64,000 nucleotides of DNA, taken from IMG/VR virus record IMGVR_UViG_3300042892_005961, positions 1 to 64,000 of that record. One strand, given 5' to 3'. The position numbers and the translations under genes were made by a program. Positions within the stretch are counted from its first letter, which is position 1, and each line of letters starts with the position of its first letter. Shown here piece after piece: positions 1-9,899 of this stretch. The notes beneath the pieces are model-generated. The model saw only the letters and a list, made by a program, of their open reading frames with translations. It was not told where the DNA came from and did not search any database.

Positions 1-177
1 TTAATGACCGATTAAATACTGACCTACGATTTCATCACCCTTTAATTCGGTTTTAATAAGATATCTCTCCATCTCTGAGATATGTTTTAACTTACGTTCA
101 GCCTGTTCAAGTGATTCACACTCAACGACTTCATTACCAATCTCAATGTGGTACTTAACTTTTATTTTTACTTTCAT
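1..177 (-). CDS. hypothetical protein (MKVKIKVK...)
   Basis: ORF 1..192; ATG at 177 preferred because it lies 4 nt downstream of a Bacteroidota-type promoter. Confidence 0.6.
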   Translation of the reverse strand: MKVKIKVKYHIEIGNEVVECESLEQAERKLKHISEMERYLIKTELKGDEIVGQYLIGH

Positions 178-181
178 GGGA

Positions 182-213
182 CAAATATACAACCCCTATT
201 TGGAATATCCAAA
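182..213 (-). promoter_or_regulatory. Bacteroidota-type sigma70 promoter (TTTG-N20-TATATTTG)
   Basis: Minus strand reads TTTG gatattccaaataggggttg TATATTTG tccc ATG; matches -33 TTTG / -7 TAnnTTTG. Confidence 0.7.
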
Positions 214-215
214 TT

Positions 216-1061
216 TTATTTAGATTTTGGAGTGACGTCTACCTCTGTGTATGTTTCATCAGGGGACACCGAATTAGGACTAAAAATGGAGTATTTTGGA
301 ACTTGTCCTCCCCAATATACGGTTATACCATGTTTCTTAAATTGATCCGTAATTTTACTTGAAACTATATGTTTATCACCGTTTCTCAATGGTTTATCAT
401 TGGTTTTGGTATAATTTATGGTTTCAGTATTTAATAATAATATAGGATAAGTGTCGGCACCGGTAAGTTCAGTTTCTTCTTTATTACGATGTTTAATTTT
501 TACATAAAATTTATTGGGTAGTGTCCAATGTACTTCATGATATGGACTATCAACAGGACTGAACCCTATTTTTCCTCCTTTTTTTAATCCCTTATAAATA
601 AGTTTAGTCTTATTGATTAATTTTTGATCCTCTTCTTTACTTTCATTAACCAAACTTTTCTTTCCTTTTCCGTCTGATTGTCGCATATAACGGAGTTCAA
701 TGTTAAAACTAGCAAACTTATCTTCAATTTTGTTCTCAATTTCCGAAACTAACCAAAGAGGTAATTTTTCTGTTATTTCACTACCGTCTTCATTAAGAAT
801 ATCTATATCATCATAATAACAATCCATTACACAGATAACTTCTCCATTGGTATAGTCAACAATTGATCTAAAGTGTGCGTTGTGTATTTCATATTGAAAT
901 ATAATGTCGGGAACCGTCCCATCTTCATCATACCGACCAACCACAACCTTAACCTTACCTTTTTTAAAAGTTTTGAAGATTAAGTTGCCTCTTTTTCGTT
1001 GGCGTTCTTGTTCTTTCTTAAGGTCTTCACTACTTAATTTAATTGTTGTTAATCCACTCAT
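216..1061 (-). CDS. hypothetical protein, putative late gene
   Basis: 281-aa ORF; TATTTAT motif 5 nt upstream of ATG. Confidence 0.65.
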   Translation of the reverse strand: MSGLTTIKLSSEDLKKEQERQRKRGNLIFKTFKKGKVKVVVGRYDEDGTVPDIIFQYEIHNAHFRSIVDYTNGEVICVMDCYYDDIDILNEDGSEITEKLPLWLVSEIENKIEDKFASFNIELRYMRQSDGKGKKSLVNESKEEDQKLINKTKLIYKGLKKGGKIGFSPVDSPYHEVHWTLPNKFYVKIKHRNKEETELTGADTYPILLLNTETINYTKTNDKPLRNGDKHIVSSKITDQFKKHGITVYWGGQVPKYSIFSPNSVSPDETYTEVDVTPKSK

Positions 1062-1075
1062 TAGATATAAATATC

Positions 1076-1198
1076 CTATTTACCTCTTCCCGTCTTCTTA
1101 ATTTGGGTATTAGTTTTAACGGGTTTAGTTGTTGCCGGTTTCTTTACCCCTTTATCTATCTTAGATTGTTGTGGGTTGTTAAAAAATTTTGAACTCAT
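1076..1198 (-). CDS. small basic protein (MSSKFFNNPQQ...KKTGRGK, 40 aa)
   Basis: Hand-translated ORF filling an intergenic gap, preceded by TATTTAT at 1203-1209. Confidence 0.55.
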   Translation of the reverse strand: MSSKFFNNPQQSKIDKGVKKPATTKPVKTNTQIKKTGRGK

Positions 1199-1210
1199 AT
1201 TAATAAATAT

Positions 1211-1546
1211 TTAAACTTCTGGTATCCATCTTAAAAAGGTTATGCGAAGTGGTGTTCCTCCTAATATATTAAAAGGCCATGGGTCATGATCGTTATCTAT
1301 TGTCATCGTTATGTTATCTCCCGTTATGGATAATATAGGTACTATCATTTGTTCAGGAAAGTTCATTAAAAAAGTTCTAATACTTGTGGTGGTCATTACT
1401 TCTTCCACCCAATTTGGTTCTCTATCTAAATAGTCTCTTCCTGTCCACATCCAACTTGCAAACCCATCATGAAGATCGTGAACAAACCCTCCGAATTCTA
1501 ATTCATTAGTCTCATTATCGGTTAAGAATTTGAAGTTTCTAATCAT
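1211..1546 (-). CDS. hypothetical protein, N-terminal FKFL motif
   Basis: 111-aa ORF starting MIRNFKFLTDNE. Confidence 0.65.
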   Translation of the reverse strand: MIRNFKFLTDNETNELEFGGFVHDLHDGFASWMWTGRDYLDREPNWVEEVMTTTSIRTFLMNFPEQMIVPILSITGDNITMTIDNDHDPWPFNILGGTPLRITFLRWIPEV

Positions 1547-1821
1547 AAATCAATATTAACTAAAAATCTTTCGGTTATGTATCCTGGATTTCTTGGTACC
1601 CAACAAACAACAGAATGATAATTATTTTCTCTTTGTTGAACGTAAAGAACTCTCCAAGTTCCTTGAGTATGTGGGTATTCTTTTGGGAATACTGTTGTTT
1701 CCCATTCATCAGTACTAATTAAACTTTCAAGAATATATTTTGCATTGTCATAACAACAATTAGGACTAAATCTCATTGTTGTTTTTTCATTGTCACTAAA
1801 AAATTTGAACTCACTTACCAT
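1543..1821 (-). CDS. hypothetical protein, N-terminal FKFF motif
   Basis: 92-aa ORF starting MVSEFKFFSDNE; 4-nt overlap with the next gene. Confidence 0.65.
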   Translation of the reverse strand: MVSEFKFFSDNEKTTMRFSPNCCYDNAKYILESLISTDEWETTVFPKEYPHTQGTWRVLYVQQRENNYHSVVCWVPRNPGYITERFLVNIDL

Positions 1822-2258
1822 ATACTTAATATTTTAGCAATTCCAATGATTGTAACGATTGTTGTAAGTGCACTAACAAATACAACACCAATCGGTTCTG
1901 CTCTCCAAGTTTCAATTAAAACCAATTTAACTCTAGTTCCAAATATCTTGACTTTAGTCCATAACGTTGGGTTCAACGTTATGGTTGTTGTTGCTTGAAA
2001 TAATCTAATTCGTTCATCGGTTTCTCTTGAGTGATTTATCATTCCTAATCTTCTTATTCTTTCTTGTTCAATCAACATATCTCTATTTCTCATGTATTGT
2101 TCATGTGATATATTTTGAAAATGTTCAGCATAATATCTTTCCATTTCATTATTGGAATCTAATCTTGGGTAATATAACGATGCTGTCGCATATGTTTCTC
2201 CGTCCATTATATCTAATGTTCCAATATAACCTCTGAAAAAATTGAATTTACTTTTCAT
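1815..2258 (-). CDS. hypothetical membrane protein, N-terminal FNFF motif
   Basis: Starts MKSKFNFFRG; C-terminal hydrophobic helix. Confidence 0.65.
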   Translation of the reverse strand: MKSKFNFFRGYIGTLDIMDGETYATASLYYPRLDSNNEMERYYAEHFQNISHEQYMRNRDMLIEQERIRRLGMINHSRETDERIRLFQATTTITLNPTLWTKVKIFGTRVKLVLIETWRAEPIGVVFVSALTTIVTIIGIAKILSIW

Positions 2259-3207
2259 TATTTAAAATATAAGATTTGTTTTTAAAAATTTCTCTAAACT
2301 CGTTATCAAATGATACTTCATAAATAACTTTATTATTATTATCCACCCTAACGTGTGTTATTTCATTGAATTGATCTAAAATTCTTGTAGTCCAAAATCC
2401 TGATTTTGTAATTATCTTAACTACCTTTTCTTTATTTATTATTACAGTAATTTCCTCCGACTTTACCAATTCTAAAGCGTTGTAAAAAATATTTAATGTT
2501 CCATCTTCAGGATTATAATACAACGTAAAATGTAAACCTCTATGTTCGTTTATATTACCTTTTATAAATCTATCTTTTGGTGGTTCGTTTTTAAATAAGA
2601 CATTACCCGACTCGATTAATATTTTTTTAGTTAAAAATTCCAAATGTGTTTGGTCTAACTTCCTCATCTCAGAGTCAATAAAATCTCTATCGTAATTTTT
2701 AAATTTATCAGGTAACGATTTAACTCTAAACGATTTAAATGAACCATATAACCATCCGTTTTTATCGCCGGTATCTGTACTAATTACTGAATCATATTCT
2801 TTTAGACTTTCTATATTTTCAAAAATTAAATTTTCATCTAACAATTCACAATCGTACTCAATATGATGTACGTTTTCATAACCAAAATTTGTAGCAATTT
2901 GACTAGCCATCGAGAACATTCTGTATATTGCAAATCCGTAAAATTTTTTATTAAAAAATCTTGATTGTATTCGTCTATCACCAAAATGAAATGTAAAATG
3001 TCCCAATAAATTGTGGTCTCCACTAACATCGTTATTGTAATCATAGAAATAATAATTACATTTTTTTTGAATGTGGAATGGTATATGTGAATGTGATAAT
3101 AATGCGATATGAAGTCCACACTTCATAACGGAATTTATACAACGTTCCAAGAGTTCTTCTTGTTTTTGAGTTTCACAATAAGCGGTAATAAAAATTAAAT
3201 CTTTCAT
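2248..3207 (-). CDS. hypothetical glycosylation-associated protein
   Basis: 319 aa; resembles the N-terminal domain of 53714..55843 (YYFYDYNND vs YYLYDGNND; HHIEYD vs HFLEYD). Confidence 0.55.
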   Translation of the reverse strand: MKDLIFITAYCETQKQEELLERCINSVMKCGLHIALLSHSHIPFHIQKKCNYYFYDYNNDVSGDHNLLGHFTFHFGDRRIQSRFFNKKFYGFAIYRMFSMASQIATNFGYENVHHIEYDCELLDENLIFENIESLKEYDSVISTDTGDKNGWLYGSFKSFRVKSLPDKFKNYDRDFIDSEMRKLDQTHLEFLTKKILIESGNVLFKNEPPKDRFIKGNINEHRGLHFTLYYNPEDGTLNIFYNALELVKSEEITVIINKEKVVKIITKSGFWTTRILDQFNEITHVRVDNNNKVIYEVSFDNEFREIFKNKSYILNNEK

Positions 3208-3803
3208 TAAAATTCTTTGAATAAATCGTTTTTTGTTAAATCAGGATAATCCTCAACTGTGTCTTCATTATGTTTTGGTAATGATGACATCAACCATAAT
3301 CCGTCAGCCGCATCTGGTGGTGTCATATACATATTCCAACCTAAAAACTTAATGTTATCTTGGGTATATGGTATTTCATCTCTCCCCTCGTGTCTTGCCC
3401 TTTTAAACCATTTATACGCGTCTTCATTATCTGTCAATATCATTCCACCTTTTCTCATTTGTAATATTTTTTTAGGGTGAAAAGAAAGACACATAAAACT
3501 ATTTGGTATGTACATACCACTTGTGAATCGTCTTGCTGAATCGTATATCTTATACGGTTTTAATTCATAAACACCCTTCCATTCAGTATCATCAAACTTT
3601 ACTTTACCTCCTGAAGACATAATTGCTTGCGGAACGGAAAGATAAGTTTTTTTAGGAATAGTTACTTCGGTTACTTTTGAATAAACGCAACAAAGAAATA
3701 ATGCGTCAGTACAATTATCTAATGCAATTGCGTAAGGGGATCCAGTATATTCCGCAATCTCCTCCTCAAACATTTCAACTATTTTATATGGATTGTGTTT
3801 CAT
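3207..3803 (-). CDS. short DegT/DnrJ/EryC1/StrS-family PLP aminotransferase
   Basis: FEEEIAEY-GSPYAIALDNCTDAL, DSA, SFHPKK (PLP lysine), GGMILTD; only 198 aa. Confidence 0.8.
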   Translation of the reverse strand: MKHNPYKIVEMFEEEIAEYTGSPYAIALDNCTDALFLCCVYSKVTEVTIPKKTYLSVPQAIMSSGGKVKFDDTEWKGVYELKPYKIYDSARRFTSGMYIPNSFMCLSFHPKKILQMRKGGMILTDNEDAYKWFKRARHEGRDEIPYTQDNIKFLGWNMYMTPPDAADGLWLMSSLPKHNEDTVEDYPDLTKNDLFKEF

Positions 3804-4437
3804 ATTGATAATTTATTATTTTACAGGGGCTACCATAGGCAACCACATTATTTGGAATGTCTTTAGTGACTAATGAACCAGCACCTATTACTGTATTATC
3901 TCCTATTGTAATTCCGTCAATTATATTTGCCCCAATACCTATTTGACATCCTCTACCTATGGTTACATTACCGGCAATATTAGTACCTGGATTTATCGAG
4001 GTAAAGTCTCCAATAGTTGTGTGATGACCGATTGATACGTGTCGATTTATTGTAACAAAATTGCCTATTGTTGTGTGAGCAGCGATCGATACTTTTGGGT
4101 TAATTAATATTCCATATCCAAGTGTACTTGTATGTGAAATATCTAATCCTTTGTGAATAACATTAATGAATTTATTTTTATTAGGGTTCAATGTTTCTAA
4201 AATTTTAATTTTATGTTTAGGTTGATAAACCCCTAAAACGTAGGAATCGTAATCATCAATGTTGATCTCATTTAAAACCTCAATATTAAATTTATTGTGG
4301 TCAAATGAATTTAATATTGGTAAATTTAAATTATTATACACAACAATACCTTTTAAATTAAGTGTTGAATAAAGATTGTCTAATATCATTGTAATGATAT
4401 TGTCTCCCTTACCTAATACTAATATTTTTGTTTCCAT
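3784..4437 (-). CDS. NeuD/PglD-family sugar acetyltransferase
   Basis: Hexapeptide repeats, IGAGSLVTKDIP, YGSPCKII. Confidence 0.9.
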   Translation of the reverse strand: METKILVLGKGDNIITMILDNLYSTLNLKGIVVYNNLNLPILNSFDHNKFNIEVLNEINIDDYDSYVLGVYQPKHKIKILETLNPNKNKFINVIHKGLDISHTSTLGYGILINPKVSIAAHTTIGNFVTINRHVSIGHHTTIGDFTSINPGTNIAGNVTIGRGCQIGIGANIIDGITIGDNTVIGAGSLVTKDIPNNVVAYGSPCKIINYQYETQSI

Positions 4438-5236
4438 ATCCTAAATCTCTTAGTTCTTTTGATGATAAAATTTCCAATTCCATTTCATTCATAATGTTAT
4501 GAATTATTTTTAATAATTGTATATTGGTCGCTTTCTCCTTATCTTTATAATATAAATTATCTTCCAACCCAACCCTAACACCATCCGCTTCAAGTAACCC
4601 ATAAACATTACTCCTCAATTGTTGTGAACCAATACCGCCGAAACATACTTTTGCGTTATTAGGTAATGAAGATTTAATGGATGCAATTGTGTAAATATCA
4701 GATTGTGAATTGTATATGTTCCCCAATATCACATTAATGTAGTGTGGTTCTTTCAATATATTTTTTGATATTAAATAATTTGTGTAGTTAATCATTCCAG
4801 AATCAAAACATTCAATTTCAGGATTAACTCCATACTTTTCCATTTCATTAATTAATGATAAAATCATATTTGGTTCATTAACTGACGCACCTGTTGGGAA
4901 GTTTAACGATGACATCGTTAATGATCCCATATCGGGACGTAATTGTAGAACTTCAGTTCTCTTCTCTAACTCAGGAAAGTTTCTACCGGTTAATGAAACA
5001 CAAATTAATAATTCAGGACAATGTTTTTTTATTCCTTCAATAATTTGAGAGTAAACCTCTTTCTTATATGTATTCTTTAATGTTTCTTCATCTCTTGCAT
5101 GTAAATGAACTATAGATATACCTAATTCATTTGCTTCATGAACCTCTTCAATTATCTCATTTGGTAATAATGGAGCATAAGAATTTTCACGAGTAGTTTG
5201 AGTACCTGTTGGTGTGAAATTAATTATTTTTTTCAT
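4409..5236 (-). CDS. beta-keto acid cleavage enzyme (BKACE/Kce, DUF849)
   Basis: TPTG start, VHLHAR metal motif, PDMGSL, PEIECFD, VRVGLEDNLY. Confidence 0.9.
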   Translation of the reverse strand: MKKIINFTPTGTQTTRENSYAPLLPNEIIEEVHEANELGISIVHLHARDEETLKNTYKKEVYSQIIEGIKKHCPELLICVSLTGRNFPELEKRTEVLQLRPDMGSLTMSSLNFPTGASVNEPNMILSLINEMEKYGVNPEIECFDSGMINYTNYLISKNILKEPHYINVILGNIYNSQSDIYTIASIKSSLPNNAKVCFGGIGSQQLRSNVYGLLEADGVRVGLEDNLYYKDKEKATNIQLLKIIHNIMNEMELEILSSKELRDLGYGNKNISIR

Positions 5237-5605
5237 TTAGTATAATTTAAAACTACTACTTGAATAAGTTGCCGTTCCTGTTGTTAAAGTATTAAGTGTT
5301 CCTGTTGTTGTATATGTTGTTCCGTTAGTATTTGATGTTGTTAAACTATATCCCGTTGCGGTATTGATTGTACCGTTGTAAGGTATTGTATAAGTTCCTG
5401 TGCCAGGTGTTGTGGTTATAGTATAGTTTGGTGGGGTATAGGTTATTAGTCCTGGATTTACAACCCATGTTGGAGTGTATGTTATTCCGCCCCAATTTGG
5501 AGTAATAATAGTGTTGATATTATTCAATCTGTTGATTGCATCCCAATCAATATCCAATAATGGATGTTCTTCTTGGTACCCGTGGAAAAATACAAATCTT
5601 TTCAT
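5237..5605 (-). CDS. hypothetical protein, N-terminal FVFF motif with Thr-rich tail
   Basis: Starts MKRFVFFHG; Thr/Gly-rich low-complexity C-terminal half. Confidence 0.65.
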   Translation of the reverse strand: MKRFVFFHGYQEEHPLLDIDWDAINRLNNINTIITPNWGGITYTPTWVVNPGLITYTPPNYTITTTPGTGTYTIPYNGTINTATGYSLTTSNTNGTTYTTTGTLNTLTTGTATYSSSSFKLY

Positions 5606-5606
5606 G

Positions 5607-5720
5607 TTACTCCTTTCTCTTAAATATCTCGGTTATTTCACTTACGACCACCATCAGGACAAATCCCAAGAAAACGGTAAGGAATGGATGTTCAGCCATT
5701 ACGTCAAATGCTTCTCTCAT
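5607..5720 (-). CDS. small single-pass membrane protein (37 aa)
   Basis: Hand-translated MREAFDVMAEHPFLTVFLGFVLMVVVSEITEIFKRKE. Confidence 0.5.
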   Translation of the reverse strand: MREAFDVMAEHPFLTVFLGFVLMVVVSEITEIFKRKE

Positions 5721-5765
5721 TTATCTATTTATTTACCTTTAATATAAGAAAAATAAATCAATATG

Positions 5766-6347
5766 TCAAATCAATTTTTTACTTGACACGTTCCGTAATT
5801 TTTTAGCTGCGGGATCAATAATATTTAATATGTCGATATATCTTAAACTATTGATTTCCAAATAATTAACTAATTTTTGGATGTCCTTTTTTGTTTCAAA
5901 TATATCTTCATAGGTAACTTGCAAACCATTAATAACATTTAAAATTTCTATTTTTGATTTATTAAGATACTCCTCATTTAAACGAAATTCAGATTCATTT
6001 AAATTTAACCAATCTGTTGTTATGATATTATATTGTTCATATTTATCTTTCCTAATAAATGTCTGTAAACTAATTGCACATTCTTTAATATCATTTCTTG
6101 TTAAACATATTATCTTATCAAATGTATTAAGATATTCCTCATAGTCCAAACCAAATTCTTTAATTGATTCCGGTATTTCCTCAATTAAAACATTGTCACC
6201 ATTTAATGCACGTTCAGCGTTATGTCTATTAAATGGGTTGTCTTCACCTAAAGGTTCGTGATAATGATGAAGTTGTAATTCCGATGCTATCCATTGTGAT
6301 AAAACAAAACCACCCGCTCTTCTATGTTTAAGTATTAATATTCTCAT
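5766..6347 (-). CDS. sulfotransferase-like (P-loop) protein
   Basis: ILKHRRAGG 5'-PSB-like start, LTRN, VTYEDIF; ends KKLI. Confidence 0.6.
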   Translation of the reverse strand: MRILILKHRRAGGFVLSQWIASELQLHHYHEPLGEDNPFNRHNAERALNGDNVLIEEIPESIKEFGLDYEEYLNTFDKIICLTRNDIKECAISLQTFIRKDKYEQYNIITTDWLNLNESEFRLNEEYLNKSKIEILNVINGLQVTYEDIFETKKDIQKLVNYLEINSLRYIDILNIIDPAAKKLRNVSSKKLI

Positions 6348-7125
6348 ATTTTAAAATGTATTCGTAAAATAGTTCTGCCTGTACTTTATGTCCTTTCTCA
6401 CCTAAATGAGTGTCATCTTCAACTACATGGTTTGTTTCCATATATATGGTTTCACCACCTTTAAACATAATCATAGACATAAAGTCACCCCCATGATATT
6501 CCTTAACATACTGACGTGGTGTTATTACATTATGTAATATATATTTCTTTTGGTTGTATTTTTCAGGAGGTAATGAATATATTATATCATTGTCAGTAGA
6601 CCAAAAATAAATTTCAAATCCTCTCGCATCGGCATACTGTTCAATTATGTTCTCATAATTGTAAATCTCATCAATATATAAACTGGTTGATCTGTTAACA
6701 ACTATTTCCTCCTTGGTTGATTTAGAGATATAATTAAAATCGTCAGGATTACCATTATGTGAACTTAACTTTCTCCAAGTGTGTAATGGATTACCTTCTT
6801 TATCTTTATGTGCCCATGATCCGTCAGCGTGTTTTATTAAACATGACCATCTAAACCTATCCCTATATGCCCAATTTACAAACACGATGTCTCCTTTCTT
6901 AAAAGTGTGAGCATTTTCACAAACATCCTGAAATATTTGAACGTTTGAATTACCACCGACTCCGTGGTTGATTGTTTCCATTCCTAACTTTTCACCTAAT
7001 ATATCTACCCAACACGGTGGTAGATTTCCACCTCTTAATTCCCTCCATTGAATAAACGGTGGGTAGGTACATTCGTATGGTTGTCCTTCGGTATAACTAT
7101 CCCCAAATGCATGTATTGTATTCAT
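6328..7125 (-). CDS. SGNH/GDSL-like hydrolase/acyltransferase
   Basis: FGDSYT, GVGGNSN, DTHLGEKGH. Confidence 0.7.
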   Translation of the reverse strand: MNTIHAFGDSYTEGQPYECTYPPFIQWRELRGGNLPPCWVDILGEKLGMETINHGVGGNSNVQIFQDVCENAHTFKKGDIVFVNWAYRDRFRWSCLIKHADGSWAHKDKEGNPLHTWRKLSSHNGNPDDFNYISKSTKEEIVVNRSTSLYIDEIYNYENIIEQYADARGFEIYFWSTDNDIIYSLPPEKYNQKKYILHNVITPRQYVKEYHGGDFMSMIMFKGGETIYMETNHVVEDDTHLGEKGHKVQAELFYEYILKYENINT

Positions 7126-7126
7126 T

Positions 7127-7777
7127 TTAATCCGGTATTAAATCTATAAAGTTAATATAAGTGTATCTATTCCAATTTTCAACTTTAGATACCTCATGTC
7201 TTAAATTATTATTTGTAAAATCTAAAATTGTATATGTTGTATATTTTGGTTCAACAATAACTTTAATACCATGTGAATCTTCAATTGTTAAACTACCTCC
7301 GATAGCATCTTCAGGTATTTCTTTATTAAGATAAATTAAAACAACACATATTCTGTTTTTAGAATCTTTATCATTATCCACGTGTGAGTCTATAAAACAA
7401 CCATCGTTGAACATGGTATATTCATCGTTGTAAATTAATTTACTATCGTCCTTTAAATCATATAAGTCTTTAATTAATTCAAAAGATAATTTCCTAAGAT
7501 TATCACTTACCGGTATGTCAACACTAAACCATTTTTGGAATACTCCAAAAACATTTTCGTCAGTTTCTTTAACGTATTTATCATACGTTAAACTTTGTTC
7601 ATAAGTGCAACTTTTAGTAAAATGTAATTTAATTAAATCTTTTCCTGCGATGTCATATCTACAAGATAAATTGTTTGTATCTTTTGATTTTTCAATTACT
7701 AAATCAATATCATCTTTAATGATACTATCATAATCAAATGAACCAATTAGATATCCGTTATTAAATAATGTATTCAT
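7127..7777 (-). CDS. 2OG-Fe(II) oxygenase
   Basis: HVD...VLIYLN...GGSL...HEV...R. Confidence 0.8.
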   Translation of the reverse strand: MNTLFNNGYLIGSFDYDSIIKDDIDLVIEKSKDTNNLSCRYDIAGKDLIKLHFTKSCTYEQSLTYDKYVKETDENVFGVFQKWFSVDIPVSDNLRKLSFELIKDLYDLKDDSKLIYNDEYTMFNDGCFIDSHVDNDKDSKNRICVVLIYLNKEIPEDAIGGSLTIEDSHGIKVIVEPKYTTYTILDFTNNNLRHEVSKVENWNRYTYINFIDLIPD

Positions 7778-8544
7778 TAAATATTTTTTATAATATAGTT
7801 ATAAAACAAATCACATTGAACCTGATGACCCGTTACACCATAATGCCAATCTCTGACTTTTTCATTTGTTTCTTCCATTATTGTTTTAGCACCTTCTTCT
7901 TTAAATAAACTCATATAATCTCTTTCACCTAAAATATCTGATAATAAATACTTTTTATCATTTTTGATTTCTTTATTCTTATAATTTACAATATTATTAT
8001 CTACTGTCCAATAAAATATATTAAATCCTGTATTATCAGCAAATTGATTTAATAGTTTCTGTTGAATAAATAATTCATTGATCCATAATGGATTTGTTCT
8101 ATTAACAAATATATTCTCCGCTGTATTATTATCGATGTAATCTGGATAATCGGGTATACTAGTACCAGGGACCAACGCGGGATAAACAGATATCATTGAT
8201 TTACCTGTTTCGTTCGCCCATTTAAACCTTTCAATATACGTCCATTCAACAATAACAATGTCTCCTTTCTTAAACTGATTACAATAATAAGCGATGTTGT
8301 TTAATATCGATTGATTACAATTACCTTCCCCAAAATTATTAATCGTGTTTTTATAACCCCCATTACCTGAATAATTTTTAATATCAAATCCTAACTTTTT
8401 AGATAACATCGTTGGCCATGAATCTGGAGCAACACCATTAAAGTATTGTTCAATATAATCAACTCTTGTATTGGGTGATGTTCTTGGTAGTAGAACACTA
8501 AATTCCTCACTAAAACTACAACCAAATGTAAATAATGTGTTCAT
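7777..8544 (-). CDS. SGNH/GDSL-like protein
   Basis: FGCSFS, DWHYGVTGH; ends LFYNYIIKNI. Confidence 0.7.
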   Translation of the reverse strand: MNTLFTFGCSFSEEFSVLLPRTSPNTRVDYIEQYFNGVAPDSWPTMLSKKLGFDIKNYSGNGGYKNTINNFGEGNCNQSILNNIAYYCNQFKKGDIVIVEWTYIERFKWANETGKSMISVYPALVPGTSIPDYPDYIDNNTAENIFVNRTNPLWINELFIQQKLLNQFADNTGFNIFYWTVDNNIVNYKNKEIKNDKKYLLSDILGERDYMSLFKEEGAKTIMEETNEKVRDWHYGVTGHQVQCDLFYNYIIKNI

Positions 8545-8547
8545 TCA

Positions 8548-9321
8548 TTAAATATTTTTTATAATATAATTATAAAATAATTCAAATTGAACTCTATGTC
8601 CACTTTCTCCTAAATGTGTGTCGGTACAATTTCCATTTGTTTCTTCTTTAACTATTAACCCACCATATTTTCTAATGGTTTTAAAAAAAGTACCTCCCAC
8701 ATCATCAAAAAATAAAGGATCTCTTTCAATGATTAAATCATTAATTATATATTTTTTTTGGTGTAATTTTTCGGGTGGTAAAGTATAGATAATGTCACTA
8801 TCACCAGACCAATAAAAAACATTAAATCCAATCGATTTAGATAATTGGTCAATTATTTTTTCATAATTATAAATTTCTTCAACATATAAAATTGAAGATC
8901 TGTTTTCAATAATATCTATTTTTGTTTGTTTTTTTATATCTTCACTATTATCGGAAGCGATGGATATTCTTATCCAATCAGGAATATTATATAAACCTTC
9001 TAGCTCTCTATTTCTTAATACCGCCCATCTAAATCTGTTTAAAACAGCCCAATTAATTATTACAATATCTCCATTTTTAAATTGGTCACAATTTTTACAT
9101 ATTGTTTCAAATATTTCTTGATTTGAATTACCTCCATGTCCATAATTCACAACATCCATATTAAGTTTTTTACCTAATAAATCAATCCATATTGGAGGTA
9201 AATTACCTCCCCTATATTCTTTCCATTGTTGATATGGTTTGAATGTCTTATCTTGAAAATGTCCGGCGGTAAAACTATCACCAAATCCAAATAATGTTGC
9301 CATAAATTTATTATTTAACAA
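8548..9321 (-). CDS. SGNH/GDSL-like protein (start probably MATLF)
   Basis: FGDSFT, GHGGNSN, DTHLGESGH; same last 10 aa as the neighbouring paralogue. Confidence 0.7.
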   Translation of the reverse strand: MLNNKFMATLFGFGDSFTAGHFQDKTFKPYQQWKEYRGGNLPPIWIDLLGKKLNMDVVNYGHGGNSNQEIFETICKNCDQFKNGDIVIINWAVLNRFRWAVLRNRELEGLYNIPDWIRISIASDNSEDIKKQTKIDIIENRSSILYVEEIYNYEKIIDQLSKSIGFNVFYWSGDSDIIYTLPPEKLHQKKYIINDLIIERDPLFFDDVGGTFFKTIRKYGGLIVKEETNGNCTDTHLGESGHRVQFELFYNYIIKNI

Positions 9322-9667
9322 ATAATTGTACGAGTATTATTGTGAGTCCTAAACCTAAACATATGGCATTTTTAAGGTCTAGTGGCTCTTTAAAAAGATA
9401 ATGTGACATAAGTGTAAATACTATTACACCAACCCCAAAACCAACCAACCTTGACGGCCATATTTGACCACCAAAACCTTGTATGAAGTTATTGACTGAT
9501 AGGATATAGACCCAACCTAAAGGAACACTTGCCAATATAACCAACCACGGGTATTTATCATACCAACCATACTTGTATGAAACTTGTAATTGACAGAAGG
9601 TTCCTGTTTGACCTATTATCCCAAATAGAATACCTAAAAATACTTTACTATAATCCATTATTTTCAA
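9311..9667 (-). CDS. small multi-pass membrane protein (DMT/SMR-like size)
   Basis: About four hydrophobic segments; LFKEPL motif before the last helix. Confidence 0.55.
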   Translation of the reverse strand: MKIMDYSKVFLGILFGIIGQTGTFCQLQVSYKYGWYDKYPWLVILASVPLGWVYILSVNNFIQGFGGQIWPSRLVGFGVGVIVFTLMSHYLFKEPLDLKNAICLGLGLTIILVQLFVK

Positions 9668-9899
9668 TATTATAATCTACCGATTCAATAACAAATTTAT
9701 CAGTTGGGTATTGTCCAACAATTTGAAAACCTGTTTCAGGTGTTCCATAAAGACCTAACACCTCAACTTTTTTCTGAAATCTTGTGGCACATGTTGAATC
9801 GGGATGTACGGTATCAGCCTCGATTGTGATTGATTTTAATTCACTACCAACAACTAAAAAACAATGATATCTATTCATGTTATAAAATTGAAATTTCAT
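9648..9899 (-). CDS. hypothetical protein (start probably MNRYH)
   Basis: ORF tiles between neighbours. Confidence 0.55.
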   Translation of the reverse strand: MKFQFYNMNRYHCFLVVGSELKSITIEADTVHPDSTCATRFQKKVEVLGLYGTPETGFQIVGQYPTDKFVIESVDYNIENNGL

